A stretch of DNA of 64,000 bases from Isurus oxyrinchus (Eukaryota): assembly GCA_026770705.1 (NCBI GenBank), contig JANJGN010000031.1, forward strand, positions 806,001 to 870,000, written 5' to 3'. Position 1 is the first letter of the stretch. The number at the start of each line of letters is the position of its first letter. The notes under the pieces are model-generated. The model saw only the letters and a list, made by a program, of their open reading frames with translations. It did no database searches and was not told where the DNA came from. Both the position numbers and the translations under genes were made by a program. Of the stretch, positions 12,527 to 26,400 are shown piece after piece.

Positions 12527-13893
12527 CATAGGGAAAGACACAGAGACACAGGCACAGAGAGAGATAGGGAAAGACACACACACAGACAGAAAGAGTGAGA
12601 TACACAAGAGATGGAGAGACAGTGAGTCAGAGAGAGGGAAAGAGGCAGACAGGGAGGCAGATGCAGAGAGAGAGGTGTGGAGAGAGAAAGAGAGATAGAG
12701 AGAGAGAAGCAAAGACACTGTGCCCCTCTGTCTATCTCCCTCTGGAAAGAGCCCCAAAAACGGGAATCTTTACTTCGAAGGGTTGGTGCAGGAAGTAGTG
12801 AGGCCCACCATCCCTGGATGCAGATCAGAGGCAGCCACAGGGGCAGCCAAGTACTGAGGTGTGCTAGTTAATAGGTCCATCTCAGTTCTCTGGGACTTCA
12901 TCCCAGTTGTTTTGTTAAATATTAGGCCCTCTAAGTGTCAGCCATCAAACCCTCTCACCCCCGTTACCCACTCCTCATGTTCATACATGCCAACTCATGA
13001 CCTGCCCACCCACCCCCATGGCCCCTCATAGCCCCCAAGCCAACATAGTGCCAACTCATGACTTCTCACCCATCATATGGTCCCTTATAGCCCTTGTGCC
13101 AACTTACTACCAACTTATGCTCCCCACCACCATTTGCCCTTACACCCTCCATGCCAACTCACCCAGTATCCACCTTTGGCAGGCTTCAGGAGTGATGCTG
13201 AGCTGAAATGAAATAAAGTTATAAATATCTATTACTTCACTATATTCATTACTCCACATAACCCCTTTGACTGTCAAACTGTAAATTTACAACACCCTAC
13301 TGTGATAATGATAGGTTGTGGAAAGCAGTCAAGCAGCAATAATGCTATAATGATAATACTTAGTGTTATGTTGACAAACTGCTGTTGAAGCTGCTAGCAG
13401 AGATTTTCTTTCAACTCACAGGCACAACAACTTTTTTTTTCAATTTTGAAAGGGAAAGCTTTAAAATAACTTGACAGCTCCATAGGCCTTACTTGCCCTT
13501 CACATAATGTCTACCCTAAAAATTCTTAACTCACACACTGGGGATAAAGCCCATGCTGTAGAGAAAATGGGGCCTACTTGAACTCAGCACTGAGTTGAAA
13601 TGTCCCTGCTGAGTTTAGCCTTTCCTCATGTAAGTCACGGCCTGCCCCCTTTCCCCAAATGGAAAAAAATAGAATCTGTCTGAAATGGGGGTGCCCCTTC
13701 CGGATCTGGGTTCCGCCTGCCAAATTTATAGGGCCCCAGAGTCTCTGTGACTCTTTGAAAATTTAGGCTCAAGAGACAGACACATAGACTGATAGAGAGG
13801 GAGGGAGAGACAGAGAGAGAGAAAGAGAGAGAGAGACAGAGAGAGAGAAAGAGAGAGAGACACACACACACACACACACAGTCAGAGAGACAG

Positions 13894-16096
13894 TGTTGCA
13901 ACCAGGATGGGAGAAGTGAGCAGTTTATCCAGCACTATTATTCCAAGGTCACACCATTAGTTTAAACATTTAATTCACTCACCAAAATTATTTACCTTTG
14001 CTGCAGTTAGACCCAGAATAAAAAAGACTTTAACCAAATTTCATTCAATAAATTCAGAATGATTGTTTTATTATAAAACAAAACTTCTTTTTAAAAACAA
14101 GTTGCAATAACTGGTTTACACACAATTGCAATCTGTATCTATGCCTCGTAAATTGCCCCAACACACGCACAAACACAAGGACAAACAGATAGGGTCTCTG
14201 CAGAGATTGGCGGTTGAAGAAAAAGTTTTATAAAAAGGATAAAGTTTGCCAGTTTTTGGCATTGTTGATCCAGTGCTCTGGTGGAAGAAGAGCCACACAG
14301 ACTCAAAATGTTAAATCTGTTTCGTTCTCCACAGATGCTGTCAGACCTGCTGAATTTTTTCAGCATTTTCTGTTTTTATTCCAATTGTTTTAAATGATAT
14401 TTCCAAGTGTTGCGGTGAATCAATACATCATCCAAGTAAATCACACGGTTAGAAACACTAGTTACAACTTGATTCATTAGTCTCTGGAAAGTAGCTGCAG
14501 CATTTTTTAGCCTGAATGGCATTACTTGGCATTGGTAAAGCCTATTTGGTGTGAGCAAAGCCACTATCCCCTTAGCAAGTGATGTCCAATAAGTCTATCT
14601 TAAGGAATGTGGCACTGCCAACCCTGTCAATACAGTCCTCTAGTTGAGGGGTTGAGTAGAAATCCATTTTTGTTACTGCATTAGCCTTTCTTTAATCTAA
14701 GCAGAATCTGGTTGACCCATCAGGTTTAAGCAATAATTCTACTGAAGAACTCCAGCTGCATTGACTATGTTGAATTAGATGATTTTCTAACATACTTGAA
14801 TTTCTGCTTTCACTTGGGCTTGTTTCTCTGGACTTAAATGATAAGGATATTGTTTTATCGGAGAAGGTTCCCCTACATCCACATCATGCATGGTAAAGGT
14901 TGTACGTCCTGGTTTATCTGTACAGATTTCTTTACATTCTGTAAATAAGCTAACCAAATTCTCTCATCCTGCCTCTAAGTATGAGAACATGGTGTATAAC
15001 TGTTCTAATATTTCAGTGTTAGCTAACCGAATAGTAGGTTAGTTTGTGAACTGTCTAAGTCTCCTTCTGCCCCACTCTCGCTGTTTCTCCTGTCCTCCAC
15101 TGTGCTTACAACCTGACATACCTGCCCCTTCTTATCCTCCTCCTTACGATGGTATTGTTTTATCATATTGATATAACATAGCTAATTATTTTAACTGCAA
15201 TCTAGGGTGTCTATCAAATAATTTACTTTACCAACCCATTTAATTTCCTTGTATGGATCACTGAACCGTGCTTTCAGAGGTTCCCCCTGTAAAGGCAAAA
15301 ACACGAACACTTCATCCCCTGGTTGTAATGTTCAGCTCACAGGTTGTTTATCTGTCCATTTCTTCAGCGTTGAGAAAGCTTAAGATGCTCTTGAGCCACA
15401 TTGCAGGCTCTCATCAGCCGTTCCTAGAACACAGACACATAATCTAACATAGAGGATTCGTTCCTCTGTCCTAAAAGCTTTTTTTTTTTGATTAATTTAT
15501 TTCACATCCATCAATTAATTCAAAAGATCGAAAACTGGTAGATTCATTCCGTGAATCTTGGATGGCAAATAAAAGAACATTCAGTCCTTTGCCCCAATCA
15601 TGGGGATATTCAAGGTCATATGCTTTAATCATTTTTCTGAGAGCTTTATGGTACCTCTCTAAAACTCCCTGTGTCTGTGGATGATATGCTCTGGGTTTTA
15701 TACTCAAATTACTCAATTTAATGTTTTGAAAAATTTTAGACATGATATAGGAAACTTGCTCTGAATGGATCTCTATAAATCATCCATATCAAGTAATAAA
15801 TTGGGTTAACTTCTCTGCCACTACTTTAGCTGTCGTTGTTCTTAAAGGGATGACCTCCTGAAATTGTGTTGTCATATCCATGATTGTAAGGGTCTATTGG
15901 TGTTCTGCTTTCATTTTTGGTAACGGTCTCACACAGTCTACTAACACCCTACTAAACAGCTCTTCAAAAACCGCTATGGGAATTAAGGGTGCCTGTTTTA
16001 TTGTAGATTGTGTTTTTCCCATCATCTGGTAGGTAAGGCACATTTTACAGAACTGCACCATGCCCTTGTTAAGACCTGGCCAGTAAAACCGTCAGT
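13894..16096 (-). mobile_element. Gypsy LTR retrotransposon (Gmr1-like order), 3' part: integrase, then RT, then LTR-like end
   Basis: ORF 15492..15743 AYHPQTQGVLERYH (integrase core). FYWPGL..C..C zinc finger at ~16030-16090. ORF 14376..14564 MPFRLKNAAATFQRLM..YLDD (RT). Candidate LTR edge TGTTGCA at 13894. Confidence 0.85.
14283..14378 (+). mobile_element. Short Penelope-derived repeat fragment with degenerate hammerhead-like core
   Basis: gaagaagagccacacagactcaaaatgttaa...ccacagatgctgtcagacctgctg, same family as 31397, 39536 and 60705. Confidence 0.55.
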
Positions 16097-16789
16097 AAAG
16101 GGCATGTGAGGAGACAGGTGGCTACGTCAGAATGAGATGGAAGCCAAGATTTTCCATGCCCACTGACTTTGGGTGTGTTCGGTGGCGTGAGTTGACAAAA
16201 TGATGAAAAGCCCAAAAAACACTTTCATGACATCGTGAAACTAGGTTGCAATCATCTGCTCTGTCCATGGATGGTGCACCGCGTTCCCTGCCACTTGAAT
16301 GTTGGGAACCTCACTGTAATAAATCAACATATCATTATAAAGCCAGCCTGCCGGATTCATTCCCCCCGCTGGATCATCTGCCCATGTCAGCGGGAAAACA
16401 CGTCGGTGCAGAACACGTCCTGACAACTGTGACGGGCAGAAGTCGAGACTTACTGGCAGGGCCTTGCTCGCATCCTGGACATCCGAGGAGTAGAAAATGC
16501 TGGAGCTGGACAGCAACGGGGTCCTAGAGGAACGACCATGGCATGCTGGGTGATTCTCATGGACATGGCTCTGCTGCAAAGCAGCTTATGTAAGTTGGAA
16601 AGTCACCATTGATGGTCACAACAGATTGACCAAGAGAGGAAGAGGTCGGGGGGGATGTGGTTGGGAGGGGGTAATGAAGGTGTCTTTAGGATGAGGTTGG
16701 GAGGGAGGAGGGGCTATGGGAGAGCAGGTGGTAACGGGGACATGGCAACTGAGGAGGTAGGTTTAAGGGGGGGTGGAAGGTGTAAGGGA

Positions 16790-17260
16790 AGCTGGAATAA
16801 GTGGATTGTCTTATGAGGAAAGGTTGGGCAGACCTGGCTTGTTTCCACTGGAGTTTAGAAAAATGAGGTGTGATTTGATTGAAGTATACAAGATCCTGAA
16901 CGGTCTTGACAAGGTGGGTGTGGAAAGGATGTTTCCTCTTCTGGGTGAGTCCAGAACTATGCGGCACTGCCTTAAAATTAGGGGTCACCCTTTTAGGACA
17001 GAGAAGAGGAGAAATTTTTTCTCTCAGAGAGTTGTACAGCTTTGGAACTCTCTGCCTCAGAACGTGGTGGAGGCGGCGTCATTGAATATTTTTAAGGCAG
17101 AGGTAGATAGATTCTCATTAGGCAAGGGAATCAAAGGTTATTGGGGCTCGATAGGAATGTGGAAATCGAAACGCAAGATCAGCCATGATCATATTGAGTG
17201 GCAGAGCAGGCTCAAGGGGCTGAAAGGTCTACCCCTGTTCCTATTTCTTATGTTCTTATG
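16790..17260 (+). mobile_element. CR1 LINE 3' fragment
   Basis: ORF 16773..17261 GLSYEERL...RRNFFSQRVVQLWNSL followed by a TTCTTATG-type tail. Confidence 0.9.
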
Positions 17261-17269
17261 AGTTCAGGG

Positions 17270-17720
17270 GAGAAGGATTGCAGAGAGGGGAGGGAGACCA
17301 GGGTGGGGGGGGGGGGGTGGTTGTAAGGAAAGAGTTTGGAGGGGGAGGGAGTCCGGTTGTTGGGGGGGGGGGGGGGGAAGGAAGGAGTGCAGAAAGGGGA
17401 GGGAGTAAGGGTGGAGGAAGAAGTAAAGGTGTCTGAAGGGCTCAGGAAGAGGGAAGGAGTAAGGCTAGAGGAAGAAGTGTGGCTGGAGGAATAAGTAAGG
17501 CTGGAGGAAGCAGTCGAGAGCAGAGAAGGACTAAGGTGTGGAAGAAGTAAGGATGTCAGAGAGAGTCAGGAAAGGGGAGGGACTAAGCGTGGGTGTGGAG
17601 TCTGTGGGGTGGAAGGGCTAAGGGAGGGGAAGGGGTTCCGGCGAGAGAAAGTGTTCCAGGATGGGAAGGGGTTCTGGGGAGGAAAGGGATGTCCAGGTGA
17701 ATGTGCAAGGGAGTGGTCTG
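17270..17720 (+). repeat. G-rich / polypurine tract with long G runs (G-quadruplex-prone)
   Basis: Runs of >12 G at ~17305 and ~17362 and repeated GGAGGAAG/AGTAAGG units. Confidence 0.8.
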
Positions 17721-17899
17721 ATGGGAAGGCCAAATCTAGAAGAGGCTTGTCATCCCCAGCAGTCCTCTGAGTGACAGGGAGCTTGCATGAACCTGCCCGC
17801 TGCTGCTGCGGACATGTGTCCATGCGATGACCACCACATTGTGAACCCCAGCCTGCTGTAGATCTAAGTTCCCCCAAGGTGTGTGTTCCTGCTCTGGTT

Positions 17900-19298
17900 C
17901 AGGGTGTGGGTAAGTGCTGCGATGGGTCTTCCAGGCTTCTTATTCCCAGCTCTTCAATGGAGGAGGTGTCCTCTTTGCTGTAGGTGGGGATGTGAATGGA
18001 GCTGAGGGACTGGCTGGCTGAGGGTGTCGGTCGCTTGGCAGAGCTCCCTGTGAAACAAATTAGAGATAATTAGTGCTTGACAGAAGTCAAAATCGGGAGA
18101 GAGAGCACTCACTTTTGGGTTGAGGGAGAGATGATGTGGTGCAGGATCCTTAAGAGGGCGTCCACTTTTAACCTCACTTTCACTGCAGGTTTCCTCACCA
18201 GTCAGCACAATGGCATGGCAAGCTTCTTAAAGTGAGTGAGGGGCCTAATGTGGACCACTCCGCCCCTGGTCTGGGATCTCTCCCTGCTGATGAGAACAGG
18301 TTCCTCCTGCATGAAAACAGATAGAGAATGTATGAGCAGGGCATGGCACTGTTTGGAATGTTTGTGTGGTGAACATGGACAGGATGAGGATGCGAGCTGC
18401 AGAGGGTATGAGGCTGATGGAGATGTGAGGGTGTGTGTGAGAGGTCGTGATGTTGTTCTTTGAGGTGTGGGATCCCTGTGGATGTGTGACGGGTTTTGAG
18501 TGTGTGAGTTGAGAGTGATGAGAAGATGAATTGGCAGAGCAGAGAAGACCACTCATCCTGCAGCGGCACAGAGTTTTCTGCCCTCTTTTGCAGGGCAATG
18601 GCGCTGACCACCATTGCCACCACCTCCCAAGCTGGATTAGTGAGGTTGCTGCCCATTGCACAGCCAGAGAGAGGCAGAGGAAACATAGAAAAATGGGCTT
18701 GAAGTTTTAGCTCGGTGGGCACGATTGGCGGGTCCAGGATTGGCCGGGAAATGGACCTGCAACGCGATCTGCATGTGAAAATGATTTCTCGCTGGCTGGC
18801 CATTAGTTGGACAGCCAGCGTGAAATGCATACTGAAAAGTTCAGTGTTACCGGGGTTGAGGTGGGAAGCGGGCGGGTGATAATGTCAATGTGGGTGCAAG
18901 CGAGCACTGAGGGAAACTTCCGTGAATGCAGAGAGCTGCCTCAGGGAGCTGCAGACCTGAAAACCATCAATAAAATTACAAAAAGCCTGAAAAAGATGTC
19001 CAAACATTAGAATTAGGCACCTGAAAATATAGAGGATAAAACTACTGGCCACAGGATTTTATTTTGAATCTATTTCATAACAGAAACCTCATCCCACTCT
19101 TGGATGAGGTTTCATGAAAAATGTGAAGGCCACCTGGCTGATTCTCTCACCCGCCAACTGTAAGGTTGGGCAGATCAAGAAAAAATCAGAGTCAATTGCT
19201 TGGGTTTAATAGGCAACACGCACCCGCCGACATCTTGTGCGATTTCACGTCTGATCAGGTTGGGTGTGTGCCCACCTGGTCAGTGTAAAATTCTACCC
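17900..19298 (-). mobile_element. Second Harbinger subfamily: Myb/SANT gene remnant with its own terminus
   Basis: AWEVVAMVVSAIALQKR and ERSQTRGG homologous to the Myb gene at 1429-3324. End GTAAAATTCTACCC at 19285-19298. Confidence 0.65.
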
Positions 19299-21339
19299 TA
19301 TATGCAGAAGCAGGAGTAGGTCACTTGGCCCTTTGAGCCTGCTCTGTCATTCAGTATGATCATGGCTGAGCATTTATCTGAATGCCATAGTCCTGCCCTT
19401 TCCCCATACCCCTTAATGCCTTCAGAGCCTGGAAATCTATCTATTTCCTTCATAAATATAATCAATGGCTCAGCCTCCACAGCCTCTGTGGTAGAGAATT
19501 CCACAGGTTTACCACCCTCTGAGTGAAGAAGTTTCTCCTCATCTCAGTCTTAAATGGCCCACCCTTTATCCTAAGGTTGCGACCGCTTATTGTAGACCCC
19601 AGCAGCCAGAGGGAACATCATCCCTGCATCCAGTCTTCCCAGACGTGTCAGAATTTTATACGTTTCAATGAGATTCCCTCTCATTCTTCTAAGCTCCAGT
19701 GAATACAGGCCTAGTCGGCCCAATCTCTCCTCTCACGACAATCCTGCCATCCCAGGAATCAGTCTGGTGAACCTTTGCTGCACTCCCTCTATGGCAAGTA
19801 TGTCCCTTCTTGGGTAAAGGGACCAAGGATGGAATTTTCCCAAATTTGCACTAAGTGCAGTAGCGGGTGGGTAAAACGACCCTGTGTTGCAAGAGGGTGA
19901 ATCATCTCCTCCATTCCGCCAGCTATGTCACTCATCTCATCACTCAAAACACGCACTCACAAACCCATCACACATCCACAGGGCCCACACTCACTGCCGG
20001 TTCTAGGGACATCACACTCACCGTCATTGCCCTCATCCCTTCCATGTACCCACTCAACACCCACACAGGCCAGGCATACTTATCATTTGGCCTGGCAGGG
20101 GGCCTGCTTACAATTTCTCCATCTCCATCCATGCAGGATAAGCTGGCATACAACAACAAAGAGAGGTCGCAGACCGGTGGCTGAATGCTGGAGATCAAGG
20201 TCCTCACTGGCTTTGAAAACAGAGCAATCCAATTGGCCAGCATGGATCTGGACTGGTCCTGTGCTGATGGTGAGCTTGGTGCTGCTCTACCAACTGAAGA
20301 TCCAGCAGCACAACATCCATCAGATAACCATGCTGTGAGTGATGTGTCCTCTTTCACAGGCCATTGCTATGCACTAATTATCTCCCCTTGCTTTTGCAGG
20401 CACATCTGCCAAACAGCTGACAGAGTCCATGACCCAGGGCCTCCAATCAAGCCCCGAAGGAACCTCTGAAGTGGAATCAGGAGGCAATCTCCCTGAAGTC
20501 CCATCACAGCGCTCACCATACCCTTCACCAGCGCAGAGACACAAGCCTCTGTGGGACCTAGCTTTAGAGTAGTCCAGGATCAGAATCTGGTGAGCACATC
20601 ACACTTTCTGATCCACATCAGATGGCAGCAGTGACTTCCCAGGTGCCCAGCACTCGGAGGACTGCTGGAGGCCAGAACATTGCTGATTTAGAGTCAGATG
20701 ATGGACCCCTGGACTCAGTCATGTCACAGTTGCTGGAGCTGCAAAGGCAAGGTCGGAAACATCAGGAAAGGATGTCTGCTGCACTCCTCAGATTGCAACG
20801 CACGGTGGAGGATTCCGTCTGCCTTCAGGCTGAAGTGATAGCGTTGGCATTGCAACACACTGAGGTGGACACTCGTAGGGTGGCAACCGCCATGGAGACC
20901 TTGGTCCAGGACTTCGCTCCTGTACTGCTGTGCAGATTGCACTCCATCACTGATGCCATAGTTGACCTCCAATAGTGTGTACACGAGAGGGGGGCTGGGC
21001 AGCTCGATCTCACTCTAGCTACCCCTTCTTCTCAAGGAATCAGCCTAGGGCCCCTGGGCATCCATAGGAAAGAGGATCCACAGGTGCACACTCCAGGCCC
21101 ATCCATCCAGGTGACTCCAGGAGTGTCCGATCCATCCGAACCCCCTCTTCCTGTGACCTCAGCAACTCTAGCTTCACAGGCCAAGGAATGCACCACTGCC
21201 ACACCGCAGAAGCAGGCCAGGGCCCTCCAAGGCTCTGCCCTCCAGAGGGAACCCACCAAAGTCATCATAGACAGGCAGCCAGCAAGCTGCCTCCACCTCT
21301 GCTCTGTGTCTGGAGCACTCCCTGGAAAGGATGTACCTA

Positions 21340-23480
21340 TAGTAATTTTCTAGGAATCCTTAGATTGTAGAAAAGTCCCAGAGGATTGGAAAACTACCAA
21401 TGCAACACTCTTATTCAAAAGGGGGGTGGGGATGGGGGGAAACTAAAAACAGGTAACTATCAGCCAGTCAGCTTAACATATGCCATTGTGAAAATGTTGG
21501 AGTCTATTATAAAGGATGTAATAACAGAGCATTTAGAAATGCAAAATATAATCAAGCAGAGTCAGCATGGCTTTATGAAGGGGAAATCACGCCTCACAAA
21601 TTTATTAGAATTGTTTGAGGAGGTAACAAGAAGGATAGATAAAGGGGATCTAGTAGATGTAATACATTTGGATTTCCAAAAGGCTACTTATTAAGATGAG
21701 CCCATAGAGTTGGGAGTAGCATATTAGTATGGGAGGACTGGCTAACTAATAGAAGACAGAGATTTGAGATATTTTCAGGCTGGCAACCTGTAACTAGTGG
21801 GGTGCCACAGGGATCAGTGCTGGGGCCTCAAATATTTACAATATATGTTAATGACATGGATGAGGGAAGTGAATTTACTATGGCCAAGTTTGAGGGAGAT
21901 ACAAGAATAGGTGGGAAGGCAAGTAGTGAGGATGACACAAAGAGTCTATAGAGGGATATAGACAGGTTAAGTAATAGTGCAAAGACATGGCAGATGGAAT
22001 ATCATGTGGGAAAGTGTGAGGTTATGCACTTTGGCATGAAGGATAGAGGAGCTAAATATTACTTAAGTAGAGAACGACTGAAGACAGCTGCAGCACAGAG
22101 GGATTTGGCAGTCCTTGTGCATGAATCCCAAAAAAGCTAGCATACAGGTTCAGCAGGTAATGGGTAAGGCAAATGGAATGCTGGACTTTATTTCAAAGGG
22201 AATGCTGTATACTCAGGAGGTGGTGGTTTAGCAGCATTGTCACTAGATTGCCGAATCCAGAGACCCAGGGCAATATTTTGGGAACCTGGGTTCAAATCTC
22301 ATCATGGCAGGTAGAATTTGATTTCAATAAAAAATCTGGAATTAAAAGTCTAATGATGACAATTAAACCATGGTTCATTGTTATAAAACTCAGCTGGTTC
22401 ACTGATGTCCTTTATGGGGGGAAATCTGCTATCCTTACCTGGTCTAGCCTACACTTGACTCCAGACCCACAGCAATGTGGTTGACTCTTAAATGCCCTCA
22501 AGGGCAATGGGATGGGTAATAAATGCTGGCCAAGCCAGCGATGCCCACATCCCTAGAACAAATAAAATTAGGGAAGTCTTGCTAAAACTATACAAGGCAC
22601 TAGATAGACCATATAGAGTGGACGTGGGGAAGATGTTTCCATTATTAGGAGAGACTAGGACCCGAGGGCACAGCCTCAGAGTAAAGGGAAGGCCTTTTAG
22701 AACAGAGATGAGGAGAAACTTCTTTAGCCAGAGAGTGGTGAATCTATGTAACTCATTGCCACAGAAGGCTGTGGAGGCCAGGTCATTGAGTGTATTTAAG
22801 ACCGAGATAGATAGGTTCTTGATTGGTAAGGGGATCAAAGGTTATGGGGAGAAGGCGGGAGAATGGGGTTGAGAAACTTATCAGCCATGATTGAATGGCG
22901 GAGCAGACTCGATGGGCCGAATGGCCTAATTTCTGCTCCTATGTCTTATGGTCTTATGGCATTGGAGGCAGCCTAGAGAAGGTTCACCAGGTTGATCATG
23001 GGGATGGAGGGATTTTCTTCTGAGGAGAGGTTGAGTAGGTTGGGCCTCTAATCCTTGGCATTTAGAAGAATGAGAAGTGACCTTATTGAAGCATAAAAGA
23101 TTCTGAGGGGGCTTGACAGGGAAGATGCTGAGAGGTTGCTTCCCCTTGTGGGAGAGTCTAGGACCAGAGCACATAATCTCAGAGTAAGGGGGTGCCTATT
23201 TAAAACAGAGATGAGGAGGAATTTCTTCTCTCTGAGGGTAGTCAATCTGTGGAATTCTTTACCACAGAGGCTGTAGAGGCTGTAGAGGCTAGGTTATTAA
23301 GTGTATTCAAGGCTGAGATGGACAGATGTTTAATCAGTCCGGGAATCACGAGGTTATGGGGAAAAGGCAGGAAAGTGGCGTTTGGGATTATCAGATCAGC
23401 CATGATCTCATTGAATGGTGGAGCAGACTCGATGGGCCAAATGGCCTACTTCTGCCCCTACATCTTATGGTCTTATTATG
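21340..23480 (+). mobile_element. CR1 LINE RT and 3' UTR inserted in the inner Harbinger; contains a SINE and a second CR1 3' fragment (22612-22957)
   Basis: GNYQPVSLT, SQHGFMKGKS and LDFQKA motifs. Two CR1 3' tails (TCTTATGG) at ~22950 and ~23470. Confidence 0.88.
22217..22568 (+). mobile_element. tRNA-headed SINE (LF-SINE-like) with LINE-derived 3' tail
   Basis: A-box-like GGTGGTTTAGCAG, B-box GGTTCAAATC. Tail AATAAATGCTGGCC..GCCAGCGATGCCCACATCCC..AATAAAA. Confidence 0.8.
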
Positions 23481-26400
23481 AACTCCTCAGCCTCATCCCC
23501 ATCAGTGGCCTTCACATCGGAGGAGATGTGCAGCTCCTCCATCTCCTCCTCAGCCAGCTCGTCTCCCCATTCGAGCGCCAGGTTGTAAAGGGTACAGCAG
23601 TTAATGACGATGCATCATGACACCTTCTGCAGACTGTATTGCAGGGCTTCACCAGACTGGTCCAGGCATCGGAATCTCATCTTCAGCATCCCGGTGGTTT
23701 GCTCCACCAAGTTGCGAGTTGCAGCATGAGCCTCATTACTGTATCGCTCTGCTGCAGCCTGAGGCCACTGTACGGGTGTCATCAGCCACGGTCGGTATGG
23801 GTAGCCCCTGTCCCTGAGGAGCCATCCCTGCAGCCTCTGTGGATTCGGGACGATTCCAAGAATCTGTGACCGACTGAGGATTTAGGAGTTGTGCACACTC
23901 CCTGGACACTGTGTGCACTCCTGCAGGATGCATTTCTGGTGGTCGCACACTAGCTGCACATTCAGCGAATGGAAGCCCTTGCGGTTGACGTAGTTAACTG
24001 GGTGTTGCAACAGAGATCTGAGCGCCACCTGAGTGTAGGCAATTGCACCCTGCACCTGTGGGAAAACCGAGATATGGGAGAATCGCATTGCTCTTGCATC
24101 CTGGCTGTCCTGGCCCCCGGCAAAATGCATAAAGTTATGTACCCTTATGAAGATGGCGTCTGTGACCTCATGAATGCATTTGTGATTGGAGGCTTGAGAG
24201 ATCCCACAGAGGTCACCTATGGCACTCTGAAAGGAGCCACTGACATAGAAGTTGAGCGCCGCTGTCACCTTCACAGCCATCTGCACTGGATGTCCTCCAT
24301 GTCCCTGTGGCGCTAAATGCTGCCGTAAATGGCAGATGTGAGCGACCTGTTCCCTAGACAAGTGCAGTTCTTGGTCATCTGCAGGAATGAAAGATGGTGC
24401 CTATAGACCCTGGGTGTCACTAGGCACTGACCAGCGATGGTTGTGTCTCTTGTGTGGTGTGTGCGGAACACCAGCTGCCCCTTCTTCCTGAGGTTGCTGC
24501 TCCTGCCTCTGTACAGCCAGGACCCTCAGTCACACTGTCCTCCATCTTCTTCGTGCTCTCTAGACTATCAGACCTAGTTCACCAGGCTCCATGATCTTGA
24601 TGTACTGCTCCTGCAGGATGAAAGAGAGAGACACGTGGTTACCATGGGTGTACTGAGAACCTGTCCTGTGTGACGGCCCCTTAATGCTTCCTGGAGAGAG
24701 CTGGCCACTACTTGGATGGCCAGAGATTAGTGCGCTGCATGGCTGCCCTGTTAGCTTGAACAATATGGGAGACTGGTCCAAACTGGGATGCTGATGCTGC
24801 AAGAGGGTGTGAGTGCCTCCAGCAGTGACTGGTCAGCTTTAGTGAGGAGATTGTACAACGTGCACAGTCCAACTGCTCTGCAGCCCACTAAAGTGCTCAT
24901 GAATTTTTAGTTTGTGCCAAGGGTGGAGGAGATGGGGTGGGATTGTGCTGGGGGGGGGGGGGGGCTCTGCAGAACTTAGTGACACTTTGATGCCTCTGCA
25001 TTGCTTGAGTGGGCAGATAAGTTAGGAGCCTGACACAATCACATCAATGTGGCTATGCCTGAATTGCCTCAGTTGCAAAGGAATGGTCACTTTCTACAGG
25101 TTTCCCAAGTGTGTGGCCACTTCCCTCACCCACTCCGAATGCTTGTTGTGCTATATTGAACGGCAAGGCTGCATTTGCTTCCTGCTCCCCCTCACCTTCA
25201 AAAGTTACCTCCGAGGTAGGGCGGCAATTAAGCCCGACCCCCTGGCACCCCGTAAGCCTGCAAAGCAACAGGCAGCCATGGCGAGCTCTGCAGAATGTTA
25301 CTGTGCACTCACCTGCAGTTCACCCAAAGTGCAGACCACCAAGTGCACATCGCCTCTGTGCTGTTGTGAAACACGTCGTTGTACTTTCCTGCCGACATGA
25401 ACGGATGATCCAGTGAGGGTGCAAGAGCATGGTTGGATGGAGTGACAATGATATGCTGATTTATTACAATGAGGTTCCCGATGGCCAATGGCAGGAAATG
25501 CAGTCTGCCATTAATGGGCTCAGTGGACAATCGCGACCTGCCTTCTTGATGTCTTGAAACTGATCATGCCATATTGTCCACTAATGCCACCTATTATATC
25601 TGCCACCAGCAGGCATGGAAAATTGTGCCCCTAAACTGCACACAATACTCCAGGCATGGCCCCACCTGTATAGTTACAGTAAGACACCCTTACTCCTGCA
25701 CTCAGTCCTCTCGCAATGATGGCCAACTTACCATTTGCCTCCTTAACTGCTTGCTGCACCTGCATGTTTGCTTTCAGTGATTGGTGTAGAAGGACACCAA
25801 GGTCCCTTTGTACATCAACATTTCCCAATCTATCATCATTTAAATAATACCATTCTGTTTTTCTTGCCAAAGTGGATAAGTTCACACTTATCCACGTTAT
25901 ACTGCATCTGCCATGCATTTTCCCATTCACTCAACTTGTCCAAATTGCCTTGGAGCCTCCTAACATCCTCCTCACCACTCATATTCCCACCTAGTTTTGT
26001 GTCATCAGTAAACTTGGAAATATTACATATGGTTCCTTCATCCAATTCATTGATATATATTGTAACCCACTAGTCACCACCTGCCATTCTGAAAAGGACC
26101 CATTTACTCCTACTCTGTTTCCTGCTGTTAACGAATTCTCATTCCATACCAATATATTACCCCCAATCCCATGTGCTTTAATTTTACACACTAATCTCTT
26201 ATGTGCGACTGTGTCAAAAGTTTTCTGAAAATCCAAATACACCACATGCATTGTGGTGTATTCTCTCTTATCTATTCTGCTAGTTTTGTCCTCAAAAAAA
26301 CTTCAGTAGGTTTGTGAAACATGATTTCCCTTTCATAAATCCATGTTGACTTTGTGTAATCCTGTTGATATTTTCTAAGTGTCCTGTTATCACATCCTTT

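Larger units (their letters stand above)
19827..25630. mobile_element. Two-gene PIF/Harbinger transposon with both TIRs: Myb/SANT gene (+) and DDE transposase (-) convergent, degenerate
   Basis: TIRs GGATGGAATTTTCC (19827-19840) and GGAAAATTGTGCCC (25617-25630). 3-bp TSD CAA/CTA. Myb remnant 19880-21340. Transposase ORF 23882..24361(-) ALNFYVSGSFQ..GDLCGISQ..FPQVQGAI..VNRKGFHSLNVQLVCD (HARBI1/DDE_Tnp_4 family). Confidence 0.88.

Noticed and set aside
22217-22310. tRNA genes at SINE heads (also 51148 and 59781)
   Set aside because: Only degenerate A/B boxes continuing into SINE/LINE bodies; no cloverleaf.
23882-24361. Domesticated HARBI1 / NAIF1 host genes
   Set aside because: Frameshifted, catalytic motifs decayed (GAIAYTQ, GSVHNS), bounded by TIRs and a TSD, and present in several copies: transposon relics.
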